64,000 nucleotides of DNA from Octopus sinensis (lineage: Eukaryota). The stretch is from the NCBI RefSeq assembly GCF_006345805.1, contig NC_042997.1, forward strand, positions 23,498,001-23,562,000, read 5' to 3'. This document shows, in pieces, positions 11,551 to 23,815 of this stretch (the stretch's first letter is position 1; each line of letters opens with the position of its first letter). The notes beneath the pieces were generated by a model that worked only from the letters and a program-made list of their open reading frames with translations, was not told the DNA's origin and did not search any database. The position numbers and the translations under genes are program-made.

Positions 11551-12007
11551 ATCATAATCATCATCATCGTTTAACATCTGCTTTCCATGCTAGCATGGGT
11601 TGGACGATTTGACTGAGGTCTGGCAAACCAGATGGCTGCACCAGACTCCAATCTGATCTGGCAGAGTTTCTACAGTTGGATGCCCTTCCTAATGCCAACC
11701 AGCTATCTTACCAGAATTATAGCATCAGTGGTGCTTCTCCCTGGCATGAATCCAAACTGCATCTCATCTAAACTGACTCTCTCCCTAATTAGTTGGGCTA
11801 TGACCCTCTCCGTGACCTTCATTACCTGATCCAACAACTTGATACCTCTGTAATTATTTGTATCTAAAGCGTCACCTTTACCTTTGTAGCACTTGACTAT
11901 TATGCTGCTACACCAGTCATTGGGTTTGACTCAGCTGATGCTGCCAGATATTTTGGGCATCTCTGAAGTAATTCCTGATGGGCTGGGGGCTTTCCCTGTC
12001 TTCATAT
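11551..12007 (-). mobile_element. Internally deleted RTE LINE: RT N-terminal fragment fused directly to the 3' tail
   Basis: Minus-strand translation KTGKAPSPSG...[25 protein letters not shown]...QFGFMPGRSTTDAI (11702-12007) joins the tail sequence (11551-11700). Confidence 0.85.
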
Positions 12008-12017
12008 ATATAAGGTA

Positions 12018-12050
<33 letters not shown>

Positions 12051-12448
12051 GATGCGTGTATTTTCCCCTTGTTAACAATATTAATAGCGTTCAGTTAATC
12101 ACTATACATATCCATCATTTTCTGTTAAAATGTCTTATTGACGAGTTTCATTTCTTCACTTCCCTAAAGAGAAGATTACATTGTTTTACACCATTTTATT
12201 CCTTTGGAATAATATCAGCGATATCTTCGAAACGTGTGTTGGAAGTAAAAGAATTTGAATAACACCTGCATTTAACTCCATTTATATATATATATGTTTA
12301 TATATATATGTAATTTTGGGGACTAATGGGTATGTGTCAATTAGTATGTTGAGTGAAGAATGTTCACAGTTTGGGCTACCTGGTGTCATCCATGGTTGGG
12401 GGTATATATCTGCTGGAATTCCACAGTGTTAGTTGAGATAATAATAAC

Positions 12449-12595
12449 TGATGAAGGAAATAGAACATAGATTTAGCACTAGTTTTTATTCAGTATGATG
12501 ATCATTTCAACCCATCCTGCAACTTGCAGGATGGGTTGAAATGATTGTAGTACTGAATAAAGACTAGTGCTATATCTATTCTGTTTCCTTCATCA
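12449..12595. repeat. About 147 bp near-perfect palindrome (hairpin, MITE-like)
   Basis: Arms tgatgaaggaaa...cccatcctgcaa and ttgcaggatggg...tttccttcatca around a single-nt centre at 12523; few mismatches and one 2-nt indel. Confidence 0.9.
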
Positions 12596-12599
12596 ATTG

Positions 12600-12630
<31 letters not shown>

Positions 12631-13508
12631 GCATTTGGGTATCTTATCTGATACATACCTGGTTAACTTCCATCTGTTGCCCCTCTCCATGTCTCACTTA
12701 TCTTGGCCACTCATACTTTCTAACCCTCACATTTATCTTAAATGTTCATTTTCAAAATTTTGATATGCTGATTTGTTTTGCAGATTCAGAATCTCTGGAG
12801 TCGAAAAAGTGGGTTTCGGTAGAAGAAAAAAAAAACAACAACAAAAAACAAAAGTACAGTCCATGTCCTTTACCTCCACAATGAAATGCGGCCCTTAACT
12901 ATTCTAGGAGGAAGTAACTCCAAATTAGGACTAACTCAGACCATGACAACCTTTCCAATCCATATCAGCATGGGAAGTTGATGTAAAATGATAACAATGA
13001 TAATAATATGTGTGTGTATATACATACATATAAGAGAGTGTGTGTATGTATACAAATATATATATATTAATATAAATTCTTTCTACTGTAGGCACAAGGC
13101 CTGAAATTTTGGTGGTTGGGGAGCAGTCAATTAGATCAACCTCCAGTACACAACTGGTACTTAATTTATCCAAAAAATTAAAGGCAAAGTTGACCTAGGT
13201 ATTAATATAAATTTGTGAGAGAAGGCAGTGATTGAGCAGAATCAGTGGCATGCTGGGCAAAATGCTTAGCAGCATTTCGTCTGTTTCTCTGTTCTGAGCC
13301 CAAATTTTGCCATGGTCAACTTTGCCTTTCATCCTTTTGGGGTCAGTGTAATTGACTTGCTCCTCTTCCTCAAAAACTACTGGCCTTGTGCCAAAACTTT
13401 AAACCAATATAAATATGTGTGTCTTATGTATGTTTGGAGAGATTATGTTACCATTAGCTAGGTTGAACTGTATTACTTATTACTGATATGATCTGTTACA
13501 GGGTCAGG

Positions 13509-13889
13509 TCATCATCATCGTTTAACGTCTGCTTTCCATACTAGCATGGGTTGGACGATTTGACTGAGGTCTGGCGAACCAGATGGCTGCACCAGGCTTG
13601 AATCTGATCTGGCAGAGTTTCTACAGCTGGATGCCCTTCCTAATGCCAATTACTCTGAGAGTATAGTGGGTGCTTTTATGTGCCACCGGCACAAGGGCCA
13701 GTCAAGCGGTACTGGCAACGGCCATGCTCAAATGGTACTTTTTATGTGCCACCTGCACAGGAGCCAGTCCAGCGGCACTGGCAACGACCTCACTCGAATG
13801 TTTTTTTCACGTGCCACCAGCACAAGTGCCAGTAAGGCGGTGCAGGTAACGATCACGCTCAAATGGTGCTCTTTACATGCCACTGGCAT
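13509..13889 (-). mobile_element. RTE-type LINE 3' UTR copy with hairpin units
   Basis: catcatcgtttaacgtc tail and repeated gtgccacc units. Confidence 0.85.
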
Positions 13890-16134
13890 GTAAGCGAATA
13901 TACCAAGCTAGCCTGTTAAAAAGGGTTGCCAGAAACCCAGCAGGATAAAATCAAAATTTGTTGAAAGAATGAACTCAGTATACAGTCAATAACTATTTAG
14001 CTATAGTATATGAAAATATAGAAATACTTATGATGGTGACAGGAGTTATAAGTCCCTAGATGTTGTTTGGACATCTCTCTAAGGGAGAGGTAAATAGCCT
14101 TAGCTGTGGATAAGTTGACCTATTTGCACTGTCTTAGTGTTTCATAAGTGAATCCAAGAAAATAAATGTTAAGCAGGTACTGCCAAAGAGAGAAACAAGC
14201 TGTAGTGGCCTACTTAAGTCAGTTTCTGACAGATTAGATATCTGGAAAACTGCAGCAGCTGGCAAGAGATAATTGTTGTTTTGAGTCGTCTTGCCACTTG
14301 TTCTATCTCCTCCACAGTGAAGATAGTGAAACTGGAAAATATATGCTCTCAAACTTCTGTAAAGCTTCATTACACAGGTATCCTGCTATGTAGATCATGG
14401 TTCTAGGATTTCAGGCAGTTGTTGTCATTTGCAGCAGAAGGAGCATTACATGCATCTGCAATGTTGAAATATCATTATCTCCGTAGTTTCCTCACTCACA
14501 AAGATATACAGTGTGTTATAGCATAGGTGTCCTCTGTTGCTACTTTGCTTTAGCAGTACAATAGTACAATCCTCAAAGGATCTGTTAGTGAAGAAGCTGT
14601 TGTCATCAAATTCATTGAGCAGCCATAAGCATGTGAAAAGAGCAGTAAATAACAGTCATCATCTACTAAAAATACTCCTTGTTGGTTGCTTATCCAGGCT
14701 AAAAATGGAATTATATGAAATTAATCAGTATGTTGCATCTGTAATTAACTGGGAGTTAAATAGTAGGTCTCACCATAGCTGAAGATCTGTCTGTTGCACA
14801 TCTTAAGAAGAAAAATAACTCAAGTGAAATGGTTCATTTGGGAATTAAATCTATCACAACTATTTTTCCAAGAGCTTTCCATAACACACACGCACTCTCT
14901 CTCTCTCACACACGCACACATATTGAATCTTAACTGCTCAACCCAGGAACAGCTGAAGTAAGTAACATGACCTGCTTGAAAGGTTCATCTGTGAAATAAT
15001 AATGTCTTGCTGCAATCAGTAACCTAGTGACATTGCATGTTAACAACAATGAGGTCAGGCCTGTCTTGTCTCCTGTTATTGCAATAATACAAACACAATT
15101 ACTGAAGCAGATAATATGAACTACTTGGTAAGATTTTATCATAAAACAATAACTACTTTATCTAGAAATTATTAGGATATTGCCTTAACTCTTTTATTAC
15201 GAAAGTAATTTTTTAATATTTGACTTGTAGTTGTTCTTGTGCTGTCCCATTTAAACAGAATATAGGTAGTTGGAATGACTAAGTGTGATTCACAGACCCA
15301 GTGTTCCAAATACACCTTACTTTCCCCCAGGTGAGGACCACACATCACATGATGATATACAGTAGTTTATTGTATGATGTGCAGTGTCACTGTCTGGACA
15401 TGTTGCATTTTTTTCACAGATTTTCCTTGCAGGCTTGTTGTCAGTAAGTCCCAGATCAAGCAAACCTGTGATCAAGGCATTCCAGCCATGTCTATCTTTA
15501 CTTTTTAAGAGTATGTAGAACTATTTTATCCAATGTAGCATTTTCTTTCTTAAGATGATAGAGTGAAGTTTGGCTGCTACTTCTTGCAGGTTAGGAAGCC
15601 ACAAACAGGCTCCATCATTGGTTCATGATATAGGCTGGTGGTGGTCCTAGAGAAAAAAAGCAGGTGTGATGGGTTTGGTTGAAGTACCACAGTTGATATC
15701 CCTCTTCAGTTATCTCTGGTTGTGGGCATTCCAGCACAATATTTAGGACTACTGAAGTTAATGCTATCATTATGTGTATTTCTGCAGAGTTGGAGGGCCA
15801 GCTTTCTTAATATGGTATAACAACTATATTTGAGGTTGATTGAATATACTCTGTGAGTTGCATCTTGTAGAAACAATCATTCTGTACTTTGCATTTTGAA
15901 CCTTTTTCATTTTATTGTATAGGGGATCTATGTATTGCATGCAAAGATGTGACATGACATTTGTTGCAGGGAGATGAGTTGGGGCGCAAGAAAGTCTGGA
16001 TCTAATTACTATTTATTTGTACACTATGTCTGATTTCTTTAATTAAAGAAAGTCAAATGGTAGATGGGTCCTGATTTCAATTAACCTTCGAAATTGAAAT
16101 CGCTCAAAAATCAATGGAAATTGTAGTTGTGATA

Positions 16135-16370
16135 CCAGTGTCGGTGGCACGTAAAAAGCACCAACTGATCGTGGCTGTTGCCAGCCTCGTCTGGCACGTA
16201 AAAAGCACCCACTACACTCACGGAGTGGTTGGCGTTAGGAAGGGCATCCAGCTGTAGAAACACTGCTAGATCAGACTGGGCCTGGTGCAGCCTCCTGGCT
16301 TCCCAGACCCCAGTCGAACCGTCCAACCTATGCTAGCATGGAAAGCAGGTTATCGATGATGATGATGATG
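16135..16370 (+). mobile_element. RTE-type LINE 3' end fragment
   Basis: Two ggcacgtaaaaagcacc units and (ATG)n tail. Confidence 0.85.
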
Positions 16371-16395
16371 ACCAAAATTAAAGAAAGCAATGATA

Positions 16396-16925
16396 TGCAG
16401 GAGAAGCACTTAGCAAAAAGTAAACTGCTGAACTTGGCATTTATCAACCTGGAGAAAGTCTTTGACAAGATCCCATGCTCACTCATCTAGTGGTCAATGC
16501 AGAAGCTAGAGGTAGATGAGTAGTTAGAGCTGTTCAAGCCATGTACACGGATGTTGTCAGTAAGGTGAAAGTCAGCACTGAGTACAGCAATAAATTTCAT
16601 GTGCAGGTAGGATTCACCAAGGATAGGTTCTTGGCCCCGACTTTTTTTTATCTTAGTCCTCTACACCATAACTGAGGAATTTAAGAATGGTTGGTCTTGG
16701 GAGCACCTCTATGCTGATGACCTTGTTCTTATAGCTGAATCTCTACTAGAGTTAGAGAAGAAATTTCATGTATGGATGCAAAGACTGGAATCTAAGGGCC
16801 TTAGAGTTAATTTAGCAAAGACCAAAATACTAGTAAGCTGGAAAGCAGACAATTTACTTGACCCTTCAGGGAAATGGCTCTGTACAATATATAGAAAAGA
16901 TATAGGTCGAAATTTCATAAGGAGT
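16396..16925 (+). mobile_element. Degenerate RTE reverse transcriptase fragment
   Basis: QEKHLAK...LAFINLEKVFDK...LYADDLVLIAESLLELEKKF...GLRVNLAKTKILV, with stops and frameshifts. Confidence 0.85.
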
Positions 16926-17855
16926 GCTCTGTATAGGCTGTTAAATCCCCTACCACCTCTAGTTCCCACTCTCCTTTCGAAATCTTGTGAATTCACTGAC
17001 CTACCCATCCCCTCCGATCCCTGGTCCACTCCATTATATACAATACCCTGTAACTTGGGTGTACAGGCCTTGACCCATCTTTCTCTCCTCTCTCCTCTCT
17101 CTCTGTTCCCCATCTGAGGAAGCCGTGTCTCTCTTCTAATGCAAGACATCTTTCTGTCCCTCCTCCCAATTGAGGGGTCTTGTCTTGCAAGTTACTTGAT
17201 GACCCCACTGCAGCTGATGCCTCTTAAAAAGCACCCAGTACTTCCACACAGTTTCAGTCTACCAAATTTCAATCACAAGACTATGGTTAAAAATACTTTT
17301 CCCAATGTACCACAGAGAGGTTAAACCTGAATTCATAATGTTGCAAAGTAGATTCATAACCATTAAACCATGCTTTTGATGAATTGCAGATATATTTAAC
17401 TCTCATAAAAATGGTAGAATAGAGATAAGGATGATGATGATGATGATGGTAAAAGATTATGTAAGAATGAATTTTAGTGGTAACTAATTATAGCTCAGTG
17501 GATGTTATGATCTTGGTATAGATTTGATATGTATACATTTAGATAAAGATAGGGATTTGATGAAGGTTTTATGATGTATCAAAGACAGGTTCACTGGTGA
17601 TACATGTACACACACACATTATACACATAAAATGAAAAAGAAAAAATTTAATAACTAAACATAAATGTCTCAATGAAATGTTTGTACTTTACGGTGTATC
17701 TGACTCATATAGGATATTGTTTTTTTTTATATTTTCAAATTTATTATTTTATGTAAGTTCTTTATTTTTGACAATGTCATGTATTAGTACAAAGGTGTTA
17801 TGCTGCCAAGTTATTTAGTATTTGAGACAATTTTTACTTTGAGTATATGTCAGCA

Positions 17856-17886
<31 letters not shown>

Positions 17887-18620
17887 TAAATGTTGTGTGT
17901 GCATTGTATTTCCCTGCCAGAATTTAATTAGAAGATGGGAAGTTTATAAGGAAATATCGAAAGAATTTTTGTATATGTATGTGTACAGAACTGCTGCTTT
18001 ATCTAGTTGAATATTATAATTAACTATAACCTACCTGTTTTACTGGAGTAACTATTGTTATCCTTAAACAGCCTAAGAGAAAATACAATACAAAGATTGT
18101 TGCCAACTTTTAGTGTTTATTTAGAGGATGTGACTAGGTGGAAACAAATGTTCTATACATTTTGTCTTCCTTCGGACTATTGTTTCTATAGCCAGACAAA
18201 CTAAGCTCTAGTTTGATAAACTTCCTTCTGTTGTTTTCCCTTTAATGGTAGGTTGAGTATGTTTATTGAATGGATAAAACAAGCAAGTACATAGATTGTG
18301 TTATAGTCAAGTTAATCAGCTCCAGTTCTTAGTGTCTTAGAATAAGAGAGAAATAAAAAAGAATAATAAGTTTTGATTATTGGGTAAGAAAATTGCTCCC
18401 ATACAAAACTAACACCTAATTAGCAACCCCAGATTTGTCACAGTTGGGGAATTTAGAATCAAAATTTATAAGGATGTAACTAGAAGGGAGACATTTTTAA
18501 AGAATTATTTTAAACAAATGTTATCTTTTACACAGAAAACAAGGATTGGAAAACAAATGACAGAAAGGTTTATAACAGCAAAGTAAAGCAACTCTATGCA
18601 AATTTTGATTGTAGCATTTA

Positions 18621-18825
18621 TGAAGAGGTGCTGAAAAGTTCTTGACTTTAAGGGTCTTGGGATAGGCCTGGTTGGAAGCCCAACCTTCTGAGTTCTTTTA
18701 TGGGGCTTAGAAAAACTGAAGGACCATTGCAATAAGTGTGTGAATCTGAGAGGGGGATATGTTCAATAAAATCATAATTAACGATCCTCCTGTATTTTCT
18801 TTTACCCAAAGCCAAGAACTTTTCA
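18621..18825 (+). mobile_element. Mariner-derived MITE
   Basis: Inverted ends tgaaaagttcttgacttt / aaagccaagaacttttca; contains the mariner C-terminal remnant EKLKDHCNKCVNLRGGYVQ*. Confidence 0.65.
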
Positions 18826-20919
18826 CTAATTCAGTCACTGTTTGTCATGCTATCAGGGTGTTGACCTATTCTATCACTGGCAATGACCTGATTCACTAAT
18901 TTGAAATAAATATACTGGGAAATGCAGCACAAAATTGCATGTCAAGTAATTTTAGAGACTAAATTACTCAAGAATGACATCCTCCTGAAAAGCAAGCAAA
19001 TATGATGGGAATGGGGGGCATTAATAAACTAACTAGAAACAATTAAACAGTCAAGAAAAAACATATTAGTGAGTATTTTAACTATTTTGGAGTATGTGAC
19101 ATGTTTTAATCTTATTGAACCTCCTTCATTAAGCTTTAACTTTGCTTTATTGCTAAAATAATTAAATATTGTACACTAGTTGGCATAGAAAACTATAACA
19201 GACTTGCTAAATGAGAAATATTTAGAGAATAAAATAATTTGGACATACCAACTGCATGAAAAAGCTAACCAGAAATAATTATGCTATAAAGAAAAAAACA
19301 TTTGGTCAATGAATGACTAATAATGTAATTGTCTTGGAAAATATGGGAAACAACTGTACACATGACATCAACAACACATAGACTTCCCCAAACTAATAGA
19401 TGAGTCACTGATTGTACACTGGTTGACATAGAATATTGTTGTCTTTTTTTCCTCACTGCATAATTTTTCTAGTTATTTTTTTAATATTCCTTACGTTAAA
19501 TAATTAAATATGTCAACACTTATTTAACTGATTGAAAACTTTCTTATAGGGTACATGGAAAAGGAAACTTCCTTTGGATCCTCTCCTAAAAGTAAACACA
19601 TGTTACCCCATAAGGTTACAGCTGTTTATTTTAGTTATTGTGTATCTCCAGGCCATCTCTGGTTGTCTCATGCTTTGATCAAAGACCATCTCAGACATGA
19701 CCATAATGTCTTCAGTTCTTTAATAGTATAGCTGGGGCAATATTATCTGTGTCCTTTCATAAAATGGTAGGATGTGGTTGAGAATGATTTATCTGTTATT
19801 TCTAGCAGATTGAATGGCCAAGTAAAGGTTTCCTCATTGTCCAATTACTTCTGTATGATATTGGTATATGTTCTGCTGATTATATTTATTAGGTTTAGCA
19901 CTTAATGTGACTATAATTTGTGTTTATATAATATTATGCATATTCTAAAAACAATTGTTAAAATAGTCTTCTGTTCATAACAGCACTTGTGACAAGAAGA
20001 GAACTTGCTGTAGAAAGAACTTATTAAAATATGATATGAAGGTAATAGGACTATGTTGAACTACTGCTAAATCCAACAATTAATTTGATGTCATGGGCTA
20101 TTTGTGGGATTAAATGTGAAAAGGATAAAAGTTTTTTAAATAGTGCAAAAATTTTCTCAGGTATCATCATCATCAACATTTAATGTCCATTGTCCATGCG
20201 GGCATGGGTTGGACAGTTTGACTAGGGCTGGTAAACTGAGGGGTCTACACCAGACTCAAGTCTGATTTGGCATGATTTCTATAGCTGGATGCCCTTTCTA
20301 ATACCAACCATTCCAAGAGTATAATGAGTGCATTTACATGCCATTTGTGTGACACCTGTATCTGCCATGACTATGATTTTACTTGGCTTGATAAACCAAA
20401 ATCCAGTTGTTGAATGAAGTGAAATTGAATGGAAACTTAGGTTTAGTTTTTTTTTTTCTTTCAATGTTGATTGAAGAAAACTTTAATTTCAAACTTACAC
20501 AGCATTTTGGTTTATAGAGTTCTTGTAAATCCCTTGATTTTAATATGTCAAACTGAAAATATTTTTTAGTTATTTATTTATATATTTTTATTATTTTCTT
20601 ATTTCTTCCTCGTGTCAACTGATTCTACATTGATATGAAACGGAAATTCCAATAACTGTTGTCTTAGTACCTAAAAATGAATCACATGCTCCTACGGATG
20701 GTTAAGTTTTCAGGATATTCAACGTTGTGTTGTTAAATAAACAAGTAAAATGTATAAAACATAGATATTGTAATTTCTTCGAAAAGAAGAGTCCTGTTAA
20801 GTGTTTTTGTTGTGATAAATGTTAACCTCTGAGTTAATTTTTGTCTAATTCAGAACAGATTCATTAAAGAGAGGAATCTGTAAGAAGTTAATTATAAGTT
20901 AGCTAATCAATTAACAAAC

Positions 20920-20965
20920 TCAAATTGGCAACGGAAGTTTAAAATTTCGTTGTAGTTCCTGTAGA
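20920..20965. promoter_or_regulatory. Candidate promoter motif cluster (ETS cggaagt; actacaa-like motif on the minus strand)
   Basis: acggaagt at 20931-20938 and ttgtagttcc at 20950-20959 in locally CpG-containing sequence; motif-only support. Confidence 0.2.
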
Positions 20966-23003
20966 AATACCTAACTTTTTATAAACTTTTCTAACTTTTA
21001 AAGATTTTGCATTTTTTTCTTTCTCTCATAATCATCATACACATTTGGTTTTATTTTTGCTCTTTGCTATAGTAATAACTGTTATTTTATACTTGTTTTA
21101 TTTTTCTGATTGGAAATTTTAAATGGGAACTTTTCTTTATTTTTTACCCAATTATCAACAAACTTCCTCTTAGACACCAACTTTTGTGAATTTGTAAAAT
21201 GGTTCTATGTTTGTACTCACTGTATACAATAAGAAAATAAAGCAAACTAAAACCTGTTTGCAATGTTTTAATATTCTCTATTAATTTGACTTGGTTAAAT
21301 TAATAGAAAATATTAAAGTCTAGTATATGAGTTACCCTACCATATTCTATTCAGTGGCAGGGTTGACAAAACATGTAATATGGATAAATATACTTCACTA
21401 TACTCTCTTTTATAAATATGTAACCTTGTACCAATGGTTTGTTTTGGAGGACTTTTGAGTTTTGTCCCAGGGATAATTTCCAGAAATCCTTGACATGGAG
21501 GTACCATCAGCCAAGCTTGTCCAGGATGCATGCAACAGTTCTTCATGCACTCATTCAGCATTTGAACATTGCTGGTTTGTGGAGTTATGTCAAACATCTG
21601 CTGTCCTGTGTGTGGTGAGTCCAACCATCATCAGCTCAGTCCATTGTGAAGATCATCCCATTGCCTTCGTTTGGCCACCAACGACAGGTAGCTGTTATCT
21701 TCTAAGGGCTTTGAGAAAAGAAGTTGTGTGGTGGTCCAGATTGAAAGGGCTGAAGACAGACACCTTCCTCTTTGGCTGAGCCCATATCAACATTTTTTAA
21801 AGCTTCACTTAAAAAGGAAAGTGAAGATGGAGTTATAAATGCTATGTCTAAATAAATTTGTTGAAAAGCTGAGTGGCAAGCATGGTCCCAGTGAATGGGC
21901 CTGCTCTGAGCATGTGCCTGTAGATTAGAGGAGGACAACTGAGAAAAGACATTTGTCCTAATGGTCATGGTGACTATGGTTTGGTTGGGTTTCTACAAAT
22001 AGCTCTCAGAGGTCTTCTTCTTTTGGGATTTATTTGTTTGAATTTTTTTGTTTCTTATTTCTGTTATTTTGGTATCTTACACACTTTTATGTAATCCCAT
22101 ATTGTATAGTCCTGTACCATCCTCTGTTTTTGTCAACCTTAAATGGTTATTCTGTGAGCTAGCAGAATTGTTAGCATGCTAGATGAAACGCTTAATGGTA
22201 TTTCGCCTGTCACTGTGTTCTGAGTTCAAATTCTGCCAAGGTTGACTTTGCCTTTCCTCCTTTCAGGGTTGATAAATTAAATACCAGTCAAGTACTGGGA
22301 TCGATGTAATTGACCATCCCCCCTCCCCTCTAATTTCAGGCCTTGTGCCTATAGTAGAAAGCATTATTATTATTTAAGAAGGGAGGTAGATGACAGAAAT
22401 AGTATTACAATAGGCAAAATGATTTTATTTATGCTTCCTTACACTTATTAAAAGTCTTGCTGACTTTTGCCTTTAATCCTTCCAGGAGTAGTAGTACAAT
22501 AAGTATTGTACAAAATTAAATGAGCCAATCTACTACATTTCTCCCCATAATTTGCAGCTTTGTCAGCTTATGTAAGAAATCATTATTTATTTGAAAGATA
22601 CTTGCAGTTTATATCAAAATTATGTGCTTTGTGAAAATGCTCAAACAGGATTTGAAGACTACGGTATTACTAATTTCTGGAATGTACTTGTCTCTTTATA
22701 GGTGTCTTTATAGAAGCGATTACATATCTTTCCAGGTATACCAATTATATGTGATATTGGATGCACATTTCTTAAATACCACACTTTCTATTCAATGACT
22801 AGTGCAATTCATTCATTTTTCAACTGTCTTCAATTTTACATTTTTGTATTCAGTATTGCATGTTGTTATTAACAAGTCATGAAAAATTATATATGTGCTT
22901 ATTGCTCTTTTTAAAAACAGAAGTTTTATAAGAGTGACAGAAAACTTTTCATTTTAACCCTATTGATATTAAACCATCTGAGGCCACTTCTGGTTTTATG
23001 ATA

Positions 23004-23815
23004 TTGGGTCATTCCATAAATAATGCAGTTTTTTCAATTGCATGAACTAAAAGTCAGAGACAGACGTGATAAACTACCTGCATCAACTTGCTATAAAAGC
23101 AGGTAGTAATTTTACCTTGTACTTGTTCTTAGTTCAAGTTTTGAAGAGTGCAGTTTGATTTTAATAGTTATTTTTTCAAAGCTATAATGGAAGTAACAAA
23201 GGAGCATTTTCAGCATATTTTGCTTCATGAGTTGAATAAAGACAACAACACAATGGGAAGTGCAAGGAATATTAATACAGTATATGGGGATTGCACAATA
23301 AGTGTAAACCAGTGTCATCGGTGGTTCCAGAAATTCTGACACTGTTTTAAACCCAAACCGAACGAAAAAACAAAGGAGATCTACTGCAGCACTAGAAGAA
23401 AAACGACCATCTTTGATTTCAAGACGAAAGGTGTTCTTCCATCAGGATAATGCTCGGCCACATACAGCAAGGATGACATTCCAAAGGCTGGAACAGTTTG
23501 AATAGGAAATGATGCTCCATCCACCATATTTGTCAATATTGCCCCATCTAATTATCATTTATTCTGCAATTTTCAAAATCATTTGGACGAAAAAGAAAAT
23601 GAATTCTGTAGGTGAGGTCAGAACAGTACTGGAGGAGTATTTTTCGTCACGGACAAGTGAATTTTGGAAGAGGGCCTTGCAAATCTACCAGATAGATGGA
23701 AGAGCATTGTAGAAAATGAAGGAGAGTATATTTTGAATTTAAAAAGAACTTTATCTTAATTTTGAAAAATAAAAAAAAGTATTAAAAAAACTGCATTATT
23801 TATGGTATGACCCAA
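23004..23815 (+). mobile_element. Internally deleted mariner transposon with both TIRs and TA target duplications
   Basis: TIRs ttgggtcattccataaataatgcagttttt / aaaaactgcattatttatggtatgacccaa, flanking TA; MEVTKEHFQHILL...RWFQKF HTH remnant, HQDNARPH and HPPY remnants. Confidence 0.92.

Noticed and set aside
12447-12470. Hammerhead ribozyme core (ctgatga...gaaa)
   Set aside because: Only the CTGATGA box is present; I could not build stems I-III or a cleavage triplet.
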